Shown one piece after another: positions 1-8,708 of a stretch of 64,000 bases of DNA. The stretch is taken from NCBI GenBank assembly GCA_015521685.1, contig WANT01000024.1, forward strand, positions 901 through 64,900. The letters run 5' to 3'. The translations under genes and the position numbers were made by a program. The notes below the pieces were generated by a model. That model was not told where the DNA came from. It worked only from the letters and a program-made list of their open reading frames with translations, and did not search any database. Position 1 is the first letter of the stretch. Each line of letters begins with the position of its first letter. The DNA comes from Aeropyrum sp. GTDB taxonomy: Archaea; Thermoproteota; Thermoprotei_A; Sulfolobales; Acidilobaceae.

Positions 1-2
1 AT

Positions 3-83
3 GTGGCTTACGATTTCATAGTCTCTAGGAGGCTGGAGCAGAGGATTGAGGAGGTAGGAGAGCCTCCTGAGAAGGCCCAATAG
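3..83 (+). CDS. C-terminal fragment of a gene entering from the left edge (unknown product)
   Basis: Open frame VAYDFIVSRRLEQRIEEVGEPPEKAQ* ending at TAG 81-83; protein-like composition, too short to identify. Confidence 0.4.
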   Translation: MAYDFIVSRRLEQRIEEVGEPPEKAQ

Positions 84-93
84 TGCTTTAGGA

Positions 94-186
94 GGCGGGG
101 TTGTTAGAGGACCACATCGCCAGCCCTCGGATACTTCTTAACACCCGAGGTCGGATCCCAGGGTAGGGACCTACTCATCCCCCGCC
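94..186 (-). other. GC-rich multi-stem structured element (candidate ncRNA or terminator)
   Basis: Outer stem GGCGGGG 94-100 / CCCCGCC 180-186; inner hairpin CCTCGG 125-130 / CCGAGG 145-150; second hairpin 154-171 that pairs fully only on the minus strand (G-U). Confidence 0.25.
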
Positions 187-288
187 CTTGACCCCAGTAA
201 CTACTTACACGGAGTACAGCTAAATATATTAACTTTGGTATTTAGACATTCCGAGAACCCCTATTATAATAAAGGGTTAGATAGAGAA

Positions 289-1347
289 ATGATCAGGGGC
301 TCGGTATCTGGCTGTTCTGTGAGTAGGAGTAGATTCTCTGCTAAGCTAGGCCTCCCATACCCTTTTGAGTGCTCCTCAGACTTCAGTGACATAGCTAGCT
401 TTAGGGAGGTTGTACATGCTGTAAGAGAGGCTTCTGAATACATGTCAAGTATTATTGGAGTGGCGTTGAGGATTTCAGGCTTCAGGGGGTGGGAGTATTC
501 GGGACAGAGGTTCAACCTCTATAGCTTCGGGCTGGAGGATTCTGAGGGAAGGCCTCTAGGTGTAATTAGGGTTGTTGAGAGTGGAGGATATATCGTTAAT
601 CTAACTGGTGCTTTATTTGGCTCTGCTAGCGTTTATAGTGAGGTCCTAGGGCAGTTAGATTTTGGCGATAGGGTCGAGGAAGGGGATAACCTGGCTCACG
701 TTATGCTAGATAGGAAGCCGAAGGAAGGACCAATGCCTTGGGGTCAGAAAAGTATAGGTAAGTTTGTAATTTATGCTGCTGAAGGTATACCGAAGGTAGA
801 TTTGGCTAGCTGGCGCCTCGAGATATTGGGTGATGTGAAGTCTCCCGTGGTGCTATCTTACGATGAGCTGAATAAGCTATCTTACTCGATTGCGCAGGAT
901 GACTTCCACTGTGTTACAGGTTGGAGCGTTTTGGGTGTTGAGTGGAGGGGGGCTAGGCTAAGCGATTTGCTTAAGATGGCGAGGGTTGATGCGGAAGATG
1001 GGTGGGTTGTATTTGAGTCTGTTGGGGGTTATACGACCATTGTGCCAATGAAGGAGGCTCTTAGCCCTGGTTCTATGGTTGTGGTTGGCATGAATGGTAG
1101 GCCTTTGAGCGAGGAGGCTGGCTTCCCTGCGAGAATATATATTCCTCAACTCTATGGATGGAAGCATGCAAAGTGGCTTGCAAAGATCATAGTGGTTAGG
1201 AGCTATGAGGACGGCTATTGGGAGGCTCTATCCTATCACGAGAGAGGCCTAGCTTGGAGTGAGGAGAGATTCAAGGTGAGAAATTTCCTAGTAGCAGAGG
1301 AGGGGGCCTTATTGGGAGACCCAAGGCCTTTGAAGCCTGATGCTTAG
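289..1347 (+). CDS. Sulfite oxidase/YedY-like molybdopterin-dependent oxidoreductase with an extra ~145-aa N-terminal domain
   Basis: C-terminal part has DFHCVTGWS (Mo-ligating Cys), GxPLxxExGFPAR and YGWKHAKW motifs; ATG 289 preferred over GTA/TTG-type ORF-track start 235 because a TATA-like TATTATAAT lies at ~262-270. Confidence 0.85.
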   Translation: MIRGSVSGCSVSRSRFSAKLGLPYPFECSSDFSDIASFREVVHAVREASEYMSSIIGVALRISGFRGWEYSGQRFNLYSFGLEDSEGRPLGVIRVVESGGYIVNLTGALFGSASVYSEVLGQLDFGDRVEEGDNLAHVMLDRKPKEGPMPWGQKSIGKFVIYAAEGIPKVDLASWRLEILGDVKSPVVLSYDELNKLSYSIAQDDFHCVTGWSVLGVEWRGARLSDLLKMARVDAEDGWVVFESVGGYTTIVPMKEALSPGSMVVVGMNGRPLSEEAGFPARIYIPQLYGWKHAKWLAKIIVVRSYEDGYWEALSYHERGLAWSEERFKVRNFLVAEEGALLGDPRPLKPDA

Positions 1348-1516
1348 CTTAAATACCTTTAATACAAAATTTAAAATTTCGCATATACATATAACCATTT
1401 ACTGTAAGATATAAAGACGTATCCCCTTATTCTCTCCGAAGAACATATAAAGAATATGGAGGGCTTATCGAGTGTTCGAAATGGAACACCATTTTTTGTA
1501 TAAGAGGTGGCTGAGG

Positions 1517-2029
1517 ATGATAATGTCATCGCCGATAAGAGAAGATATGACAACGCCTGATAAGGTAGCTACGGATAGCAGGGGCTCTCAACACCGCAAC
1601 ACTGCTATCAGAGAACTCTCAGACAGGGAGCTTCTGGAGTGGCTTAAGCTATCAAAACGCTTATCCGAGGAGGCTTGCAAGCCAGCCATAGGAGCTCTTG
1701 CAATGCTGAAGGGAGAGCTTGTCGGCCGGGTCTCCGGGAAGACTCTTGGGTCGCTTCTATCACTCTTCCACCCCTCAACAGGTGCGAACATGATAGACTC
1801 AGGCAAAGATATCATACTGCTAATGCTGTCCAGCGGCATAACAACTCAAATCATTCTAAAGCCTTCGACCGGAGAAATAGGTGTCTGCCTCAAGGAAATA
1901 GCAAAGATAGCTGGAGACCCAACTATACCAGCTAGAGGCGAGAGGTGGGGTTTGGAAGGCATTTACGACAGGTTATTCTACATAAAAGGAGACACAGCAA
2001 TTATAGCAGTTGACAACTGCTGCCCTTAA
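1517..2029 (+). CDS. Hypothetical protein
   Basis: Long ORF with normal composition; GAGGTG RBS-like motif precedes ATG 1517 (ORF track starts at 1472); no recognised motif. Confidence 0.6.
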   Translation: MIMSSPIREDMTTPDKVATDSRGSQHRNTAIRELSDRELLEWLKLSKRLSEEACKPAIGALAMLKGELVGRVSGKTLGSLLSLFHPSTGANMIDSGKDIILLMLSSGITTQIILKPSTGEIGVCLKEIAKIAGDPTIPARGERWGLEGIYDRLFYIKGDTAIIAVDNCCP

Positions 2030-2508
2030 ACCCCCTCCAGCTGATAGGACCCCCTGTAAGAGGACCTAGCTGGCCCTTCTATCCTAGCCAAGACTAGCTG
2101 GGCTATACGCGCATACCTTTCCACAGACCAGCCGTGAGGATTGAGGACAGCTAATAGAGCCTGGCCCCTGCCCACATATCCTGGATCCCAGACTGCGCAG
2201 CCGAGGTGTACTCCCATCCTCAGCAGGCTGCTCCTAGGATAGCAGAATCCGACATATCCAATTGGGATTCTGACAATCTCGCTAAACCTTATTCTATAAA
2301 CACCCGGGGGAAGCTGGTATACATTGTTCTCTGGATCTATCTTTTCCGCCGGCGGGAGCTTTTTGGAGAATCTATTCAGTAAGCCCGCTCCGGAGAGCCT
2401 CTCAACCTCGCTCAGGGTCAAATCTATTCCTGCGGGCTGAATAGAGCTTTCCATCAGAGGCTTCACAACACCAATCAGAGCCATGTCCAGGCCATCTAGA
2501 TATGTCAA
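2026..2508 (-). CDS. dut: Archaeal trimeric dUTPase (dCTP deaminase/dUTPase superfamily)
   Basis: IQPAGIDL, PRSSLLRMG and AVWDPGYVG motifs; lacks the downstream TLE glutamate typical of dCTP deaminases. Confidence 0.8.
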   Translation of the reverse strand: MTYLDGLDMALIGVVKPLMESSIQPAGIDLTLSEVERLSGAGLLNRFSKKLPPAEKIDPENNVYQLPPGVYRIRFSEIVRIPIGYVGFCYPRSSLLRMGVHLGCAVWDPGYVGRGQALLAVLNPHGWSVERYARIAQLVLARIEGPARSSYRGSYQLEGV

Positions 2509-2554
2509 AGAGGCTTCACCCGTTAATGGGCATTTATCGTGGATAGAACATTAG

Positions 2555-3091
2555 ATGGGTGAGGCTTGTTTGGGAAATACCAAGCTAAAATACTGCCTGG
2601 TTGTAACTAGTGACAGCGTCTTTAGAGGGGAGAAGGAAGACCGGATAACGCCATATGTTAGAGGTGCGTTGGAAGAGAGGGGATTAATTCTTGTCGAGTC
2701 GAGAATAGTGCCAAACTCCCTCCCAACAATAGCCAGCGTTATATTGCGCCTTGTATTGCAAGCTGGGTGCGACGTGGTTATAGTGTCTGGGGGTACTGGG
2801 CCTGGCTATAAAGACTTTACAGCCCACGCCGTGAGACTCATAGCTTCCAAATGCTTGCCAGGCTACGGTGAGGAGTTTAGAAGGCGCAGTATTGAAGATA
2901 TAGGTATTGCTGGCTCGCTGTCGAGAGCCGAGGCCTGTGTTGGCCCACACGGTGCTGCTATTTTCACTACTCCTGGTAACCCCGGCTCCCTACGCCTGGC
3001 TCTTGAAATCATAACCGAGCTAGGCGAGCATATCGTATACCAAGCTAGGTATGGCAGGCACCCCCATCAAAAACATAAGGGACATTACTAG
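2555..3091 (+). CDS. moaB: Molybdenum cofactor biosynthesis protein MoaB/MogA family
   Basis: VVTSDS, SGGTGPGYKDFT, LPGYGEEFR, LSRA and TPGNPG motifs. Confidence 0.88.
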   Translation: MGEACLGNTKLKYCLVVTSDSVFRGEKEDRITPYVRGALEERGLILVESRIVPNSLPTIASVILRLVLQAGCDVVIVSGGTGPGYKDFTAHAVRLIASKCLPGYGEEFRRRSIEDIGIAGSLSRAEACVGPHGAAIFTTPGNPGSLRLALEIITELGEHIVYQARYGRHPHQKHKGHY

Positions 3092-3365
3092 TCCTCAATG
3101 GTGGGCCGTCCCTCTGTAAGCTAGCCAGTCTCCTCTTGATCTCGTCAATTCTTACAATAGACAGTATTACTAGCCATTGAGCTGCGTCCGAATCGCCGCC
3201 CTCCTCAGCTAGCCGAGCAGCCCTTATGCTTGCCTCAGTTAGGTCTAGCTCTCTCATAAGCATCGATCTCCTACTTTCAGGAAGCCTACTTATCTCCTCC
3301 CTGAGGTTTTTAATCTCCTCAAAAACCTCATCCAAGAGGTATCCACCGCTCGGAATAGATACCAT
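3045..3365 (-). CDS. Hypothetical small helical protein
   Basis: 106-aa ORF with amphipathic helical pattern; 3' end overlaps moaB convergently by 47 nt. Confidence 0.55.
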   Translation of the reverse strand: MVSIPSGGYLLDEVFEEIKNLREEISRLPESRRSMLMRELDLTEASIRAARLAEEGGDSDAAQWLVILSIVRIDEIKRRLASLQRDGPPLRTSNVPYVFDGGACHT

Positions 3366-3508
3366 ATTGTCTTCAGGGAGGGAGAATCCATTCGATGTAA
3401 TTGATTTGCGTAACTATCCAATAGTCTTTGAAAGCGAAGTGCTTGATAGTATTGGTTAAAACCCTTTGAAGCCAAACACATCTTTAAAGGCCCTGAGGCT
3501 GCATAAAG

Positions 3509-3910
3509 ATGGAAGAGAGAGTCGTCGGCAAGCATGTCTATGGAAGCCTGTATAGTATCGACAAGAGTAAGGCGTGGGATGAGGATTACCTCAAGAGCCT
3601 TATGGTAAGGGCTGCAGAGGCCTCTGGAGCTACGGTTCACGCGGTCAATTCTTGGACAATCCCCGGAGAGAAGGGTGGAGTAAGCGTCATCGTTCTAGTG
3701 CTTGAAAGCCATCTAGCCCTCCACACGTGGCCCTACTACGACTATGCAACATTCGACATTTATACTTGTGGGGCCCACACTGACCCTTGGAAAGCCTTCG
3801 AGCTCTTGATCAGCGAGTTGAAGCCATCCCGATACAGGGTACATTACTCGGATAGGAGTCAAGAAATACTTCCACCACCTTCGAGTAGTGTGGCGGAGAG
3901 GTCTACGTGA
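3509..3910 (+). CDS. Pyruvoyl-dependent decarboxylase proenzyme (SpeD/AdoMetDC fold), probably the crenarchaeal arginine decarboxylase paralog
   Basis: GKHVYG start, self-cleavage site LE|SHLALHTWP, DIYTCG; KGGVSV loop resembles the arginine decarboxylase paralog as recalled. Confidence 0.85.
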   Translation: MEERVVGKHVYGSLYSIDKSKAWDEDYLKSLMVRAAEASGATVHAVNSWTIPGEKGGVSVIVLVLESHLALHTWPYYDYATFDIYTCGAHTDPWKAFELLISELKPSRYRVHYSDRSQEILPPPSSSVAERST

Positions 3911-5946
3911 AGGGGTATAGGCTTGTCTGTTGCGGCAAACACATATCCTCCTCTCAGGAAATAGCTCTGGACTAGCATGTACCTGTCCTGAAGGAATGGT
4001 ATAGCATCCCTTAGCTCAGCTGGAATCCCCATCCTCTCAGCGTGGCTCTTCTCTGTTCTTAGGACGATCTTCGTGTTTGCCAGCTGCATTATTATCTCGT
4101 GGAGGTCTGACGGGCTGTGTGTGCTGAACACAAGCCCAATCCCCCTGGCCCTCCCCAGCCTGGCGAGCGATGATATCATGGCTGCTATTTGCCTGTTAGC
4201 CTCCTGCTCCTCACCCCCACCCTTTTCCTGGGGGAAAAACTGGTGCGCCTCATCTATCACAACCATCACAGGCTTTACTCTTCTCCTGGCCACCCACTCT
4301 TTGTTTCTTGCTCGTAGAATGCCTTGTAATACCCTGTATGAAACTATTCTGGGAGCCCATATGCTGCTGCCACTCCTGTAGACAAGCCAAGACAGGTCTA
4401 CTACGACAGGCGATTTATGTTCGCCCGCCATCTTCAGGATATCGCCCCACATAGGCTCCCTTAACACGTTTATCCTCCATGAGAGACCGATCCTCTCTGC
4501 TATTGAGACATCAACTACACCAGTATCCATAAGTCCCTGAATCTTCCTATAGAGCGCTTCAACAGTGTGTTTATGAGGCTTAACCGTCGATAGAATTTTG
4601 AGTAGCAGGTCTATGGACTCAGCGACACTTAGCCCTAGGTTCGTTATCCTAGAGTTCTCTAGATCCTTAGGCTCTGCGAATCCAGCAACGCTAGCAGCTA
4701 CATTTTCTATAGCCCTGCTAGCTACCTCCTCATGCCCACCCTGTCTTCGGGTAGATATTGCCTCAAGATAGGACCTCAAAGCCGCTGCAATAATGTAGAG
4801 TGGAGGATAGCTGGAGCTGCCTGACAATTTGTAGAACCTTTCTCTTAGGGAGCGTAGAAGCTCCATCGAGAGCCTTGTTAATCCAGGCATCAGATTAGAG
4901 AGAGTCTCTCCAGGCATGTTCTCTCTACGCACGGTGTCGATAAAGTATGGGATGAGTACGAAGGGCTCGCCTCTAGCCACACAAATATCAATCCCATTTT
5001 TCTGCATGCAACTCCAGCTCGGAGTGTAACCTAGAAGTCTTGCTAGTACCTCGCTCCCATAAAGCCTTGCCACTCCTTCTCTTATATTCTTTGCCTCCTC
5101 CAGCTCCAGGATGGTGTCAAAACCTACTGGAAGCACAATTATAACATTCCCAGGCTGAGATATGCTAGAATACACTGGAAGTTCGGGAGAATTCCCCTTT
5201 AGCGGCAGCTGTGTGAAATCTCCATTCATATCGATAATCACAGGAAGAGGCCCGCCCTCGCTGGTGGACGAGGCAATCATATTCTTTAGTAGCGTGGTCT
5301 TGCCGCTGCCTGTAGTCCCGACTATAAGAACGTGATGTAGAATCGATTTGTGCGGTAGTCGTACTGGAATCCTACCGCCCGCCAGAGTGCCCGAGGAGTT
5401 CGCTAGTGCCCCTACCAATACCCCTGAAGCCGGAAGTGAGAGCATGTATCTTAGAACCTCTGGTGACGGATAAAAGGCTGGGCTCTGAGGCTCGACGGGA
5501 ATGGTGACAGGCCTAGACTCTAATCCGCTGTCTGGATCTCCTTCGAGAAGTAGCTTGACGGTTATTATAGGGTTTGTGAGGAGAGATTCTGGCTGACTAC
5601 TGGACAGGGGATCCCTGACTACTGGAGCCTCCACGCCTGCAAGCGCTAGCTCGTCAGATCTAGTTACCTTCGTTACCACGCCTAGTATAACTGTGTTGGT
5701 TTTAGGGTCAACGATTCCTATATAATCGCCTATCTTCACACCTCCTCTTGAGAAGTATATGCTAGAGTCGACTTCGACCTCTATCTCCCCACCCGGGTGG
5801 GTTGGTATAGGGTTATACCGAGTTACCCTTCCTACCAGCTCTCCTAACATCTTTGCTTTTTCAAACGCTCTCTCCATTTTATTTCTGAGCGTGGCTATGT
5901 CAAACGTTGGAACACCATCGCCGACCCATTTCTGCGTCTCCCCCAC
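3859..5946 (-). CDS. HerA/FtsK-superfamily ATPase (second, stand-alone HerA paralog)
   Basis: N-terminal HAS-barrel-like region, Walker A GTTGSGKT, Walker B VVIDEAH, RLGRARGIGLVFSTHSP (Arg-finger region). Confidence 0.88.
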   Translation of the reverse strand: MGETQKWVGDGVPTFDIATLRNKMERAFEKAKMLGELVGRVTRYNPIPTHPGGEIEVEVDSSIYFSRGGVKIGDYIGIVDPKTNTVILGVVTKVTRSDELALAGVEAPVVRDPLSSSQPESLLTNPIITVKLLLEGDPDSGLESRPVTIPVEPQSPAFYPSPEVLRYMLSLPASGVLVGALANSSGTLAGGRIPVRLPHKSILHHVLIVGTTGSGKTTLLKNMIASSTSEGGPLPVIIDMNGDFTQLPLKGNSPELPVYSSISQPGNVIIVLPVGFDTILELEEAKNIREGVARLYGSEVLARLLGYTPSWSCMQKNGIDICVARGEPFVLIPYFIDTVRRENMPGETLSNLMPGLTRLSMELLRSLRERFYKLSGSSSYPPLYIIAAALRSYLEAISTRRQGGHEEVASRAIENVAASVAGFAEPKDLENSRITNLGLSVAESIDLLLKILSTVKPHKHTVEALYRKIQGLMDTGVVDVSIAERIGLSWRINVLREPMWGDILKMAGEHKSPVVVDLSWLVYRSGSSIWAPRIVSYRVLQGILRARNKEWVARRRVKPVMVVIDEAHQFFPQEKGGGEEQEANRQIAAMISSLARLGRARGIGLVFSTHSPSDLHEIIMQLANTKIVLRTEKSHAERMGIPAELRDAIPFLQDRYMLVQSYFLRGGYVFAATDKPIPLHVDLSATLLEGGGSIS

Positions 5947-7127
5947 TATTGCATCCCCTCCATTAACGAGGTATGAGTCTGCGGGACACCCTCTAGTACT
6001 AAGCTCGAAGAGAGTGTTTTTCTGAGGGCGGCCGTTAGGCTCCTAGCCCTACGATCACTTCTCGCTATCGTGACAGGAGTAATAGACCCCCTTAGAATGG
6101 TCTCATCCACTAGAAGTGTGTGAGGTTTTAAGCCAAACCTTCCAAGGATCTCCCTGGATCTAGAGGTATACTCTAGCCTGTAGATCCTCGTCTTAGGGCC
6201 TATTAGCTTAACAGGACTTGTCGGCAAGACTATATATTCTGCCAGTTTCTCATACCCACCCTTATATGAAACTCTCAATGCTAGAGTCCTCAGAACGTGG
6301 GAAGCCCTCCACGCAGCACAGCCGCTTACTAAAGCTAATTCAAGAACCGCAGCATCACTAGCTGGCAACCTTCTGTCAGAACACTTCTCTAGGAGTACTC
6401 TTAATCCCTGAGATCTATGTATCAGGCTCGAGTGCTCCACCCTCTTAACAAAACCTAGAACAGGAACTCCCTTCTCCTCCAGGCTCGCTATCAACTCAGC
6501 TCTCTCATAGAGCAGTTTTTTATAAATACCGCTTCCATCGTGTGAGGCCTTTGATATTAGAGCACCATTTATTATCGGTCCATCTACCATCACAACAGTA
6601 CCGCCACTAATAGGTAGGTTTAGAATATCTCTGAGAATCTGGTTTTCCAGGCTGAAACGTAGTATGTCAAGGAACCCTTCCTCTCTGGTATCATGCGGAA
6701 TTTGGGTACTAGAGGTGTGAGTTTCACCCCTTGGCAATATTATGTATGGTTTTATTTTCTTGGTAAACTGGCTGGAAGCTGTTATCGTGGTGGACTCTAT
6801 GTTAGGAATCGATATTTCCACTGTTCGATACCTACTTGACGCTGCCGCAGCGCCCAGTAACACCACATGAGAGTAAGTCTCGATAGTGCGGCTACTCGAG
6901 TCCACACCTATAATCTCTAGATTGTGACTCGCTTCTCTAGCTTTAACTGGCTGAAAGGGTCTATAGTAGTATTCGTCCACTACTACCTTAACATCTGCAG
7001 GCTCTTCTGAGGGGTCTCCTATCCAGAGGTAGTGGTCGAGGCTCGGTGAAGGGAGCTTAACGCTTTTAGCTATGCCATCCGCCTTTACTATTTTTGTTAT
7101 TTCGCTGATCATGTCTAAGATTGGCAA
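5946..7127 (-). CDS. NurA-family nuclease paralog
   Basis: IIGVDSSS, RFSLE, VMVDGPI and GFVKRVEHS match NurA RNase H-like motifs; TAG stop overlaps the GTG start of the HerA paralog at 5946. Confidence 0.75.
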   Translation of the reverse strand: MPILDMISEITKIVKADGIAKSVKLPSPSLDHYLWIGDPSEEPADVKVVVDEYYYRPFQPVKAREASHNLEIIGVDSSSRTIETYSHVVLLGAAAASSRYRTVEISIPNIESTTITASSQFTKKIKPYIILPRGETHTSSTQIPHDTREEGFLDILRFSLENQILRDILNLPISGGTVVMVDGPIINGALISKASHDGSGIYKKLLYERAELIASLEEKGVPVLGFVKRVEHSSLIHRSQGLRVLLEKCSDRRLPASDAAVLELALVSGCAAWRASHVLRTLALRVSYKGGYEKLAEYIVLPTSPVKLIGPKTRIYRLEYTSRSREILGRFGLKPHTLLVDETILRGSITPVTIARSDRRARSLTAALRKTLSSSLVLEGVPQTHTSLMEGMQ

Positions 7128-7225
7128 GAGGGTGTTCCCTAACTAAAAGCCTATGGGTATTACCTTAAAAGATATCTATTTATTAGTATACCCTACATAA
7201 GGAAGGATTACTCGAACAAGGGTAA

Positions 7226-7942
7226 CTATATCTTGAATCCCCGTGCCTCATAACACTCTCTTATCTCCTTCTCCATCCTGTCCACAGGTCCTCCTGGCCT
7301 CAACACCCTAGCCACTTTATCAACAAAACCCTCCACAGTTTTAGCATAATACTCGGACTTCTCGTCCACACTACCATACCCATCTAAGCCCACAGACGCC
7401 CCAATGGGAGCCCTAGGAGTAACAGGTGGTAGCTCTCCCGCAGGCTTACCGACCAGGAGGCCAGCTATAGGTACTACATATTTAGGAAGGTTAAGAGTAT
7501 CGGCCACTGCACAGGGCCTCCCATATGCGGCAATGATATTAACAACATAGCCTAGGCTCTCAGCTACAAGAATGCTCCAACCAAGGGCAACGCTAGCCGA
7601 TATGAAACCCTGGACCAAATCAGCCAGCCCCAATACTTTGCTTTCAGCACCAATCTTCTCTAAGGCTCTAAGGACCTTCGCATAGTCTATACTGAAAACT
7701 AGGAACACCGGAGCATCCTTAATCTGCTCCTGGCCCCAGAGGATTTCAGCAAGCTTGGATTTTAGGCCTTCATCCCTGACCACAGTCACGTGGATGGGTT
7801 GAAGGTTCCAGGGACTGACGTGCCTTTGGGCGGCCCTGAGGATCTTATTCAGGTCTTCATCAGGTATCGGCTCCCTACTGAAGGATCTCACGCTCCTATG
7901 AGTCTCAACAACCTCCAAACATCCCATGTCTTCACTGCCCAA
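7226..7942 (-). CDS. Nitroreductase family flavoprotein
   Basis: HRSVRSFSREPI, SPWNLQP, APVFLVF, AESLGY and LNLPKYVVPIAGLLVGKP motifs. Confidence 0.9.
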   Translation of the reverse strand: MGSEDMGCLEVVETHRSVRSFSREPIPDEDLNKILRAAQRHVSPWNLQPIHVTVVRDEGLKSKLAEILWGQEQIKDAPVFLVFSIDYAKVLRALEKIGAESKVLGLADLVQGFISASVALGWSILVAESLGYVVNIIAAYGRPCAVADTLNLPKYVVPIAGLLVGKPAGELPPVTPRAPIGASVGLDGYGSVDEKSEYYAKTVEGFVDKVARVLRPGGPVDRMEKEIRECYEARGFKI

Positions 7943-8035
7943 GAGTGTTCGCCTGGTTTTACGGCTAATGCTATAGTTTAGGTTTAATAAATATTATCGA
8001 GAGGCATAAACAGCAGAACTAGAATTATAAAGTCC

Positions 8036-8698
8036 TTACATTATTCTCCGCAGAATACTCCATCCCAGATTCTCGAATACAGCTCTTACACCGGGCACTC
8101 CGATGGTGGGTTTAACCCTGCCCCTCCTTATGGCCTCGAGAATCCCGTCCCTATCTTCCGGGGCCTCGACTAGCGATGGGGACGCTCCCACCATTGAAGG
8201 AACATGAGCGTCGCTTCCGGATACCGCTGGTAAGCCGGTTTCCTTGGATAAGGAGAAGGCTAGAAGGTTTAGAAATGGATGTGTATAAGCATTCCACACT
8301 TCTATGGCATCAAAGAGTTCATAATGCTCCCTCACCTTTCTACCCCCAATGCCGTGGAATTGTTTGTTGTAGGGGTGAACGGCTATTGTTATGCATCCTC
8401 TAGCTAACGCCCAATCCCTCAGCTCAAAAGGGTCTCTGGGGAAGTCGTCGCTATACACCTCAGTACACACAACGGTGACGTCCCCCCAGCTGGTTCTAAC
8501 CTCTGCTGCTGGCAAAACTATGGGCCCGCCTTCAACTCTTGCAGCCCTTATTGAGAGGCTCGCGCCCCTGAAAGTGTTGTGATCAGTCACAGCTATTGCA
8601 TCAAGCTCCCTGCGCCTGGCTATCTGCACTATCTCGTATGGCGTTTGGAAGCCGTCGCTAGCTGTGGTGTGGCTATGGAGCTCTACCTTCAACACCAA
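8036..8698 (-). CDS. PHP-domain metal-dependent phosphoesterase
   Basis: LHSHTTASDG, AVTDHN, VHP, EVWN and GSDAH metal-binding motifs. Confidence 0.9.
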   Translation of the reverse strand: MVLKVELHSHTTASDGFQTPYEIVQIARRRELDAIAVTDHNTFRGASLSIRAARVEGGPIVLPAAEVRTSWGDVTVVCTEVYSDDFPRDPFELRDWALARGCITIAVHPYNKQFHGIGGRKVREHYELFDAIEVWNAYTHPFLNLLAFSLSKETGLPAVSGSDAHVPSMVGASPSLVEAPEDRDGILEAIRRGRVKPTIGVPGVRAVFENLGWSILRRIM

Positions 8699-8708
8699 AA
8701 CCCAACAC

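Noticed and set aside
94-120. Fluoride (crcB) riboswitch suggested by GGCGATG on the minus strand
   Set aside because: The P1 partner (CGCC) and the GCUGAUG...CUAC 3' element are absent, and no fluoride exporter follows.
2026-2508. dCTP deaminase call
   Set aside because: Lacks the catalytic Glu (TLE) and has the WDPGY motif typical of archaeal dUTPases.
3859-3910. Convergent 3' overlaps (52 nt here; 47 nt at 3045-3091) as antisense regulation
   Set aside because: Such tail-to-tail overlaps are common in compact crenarchaeal genomes, and nothing else supports a function.
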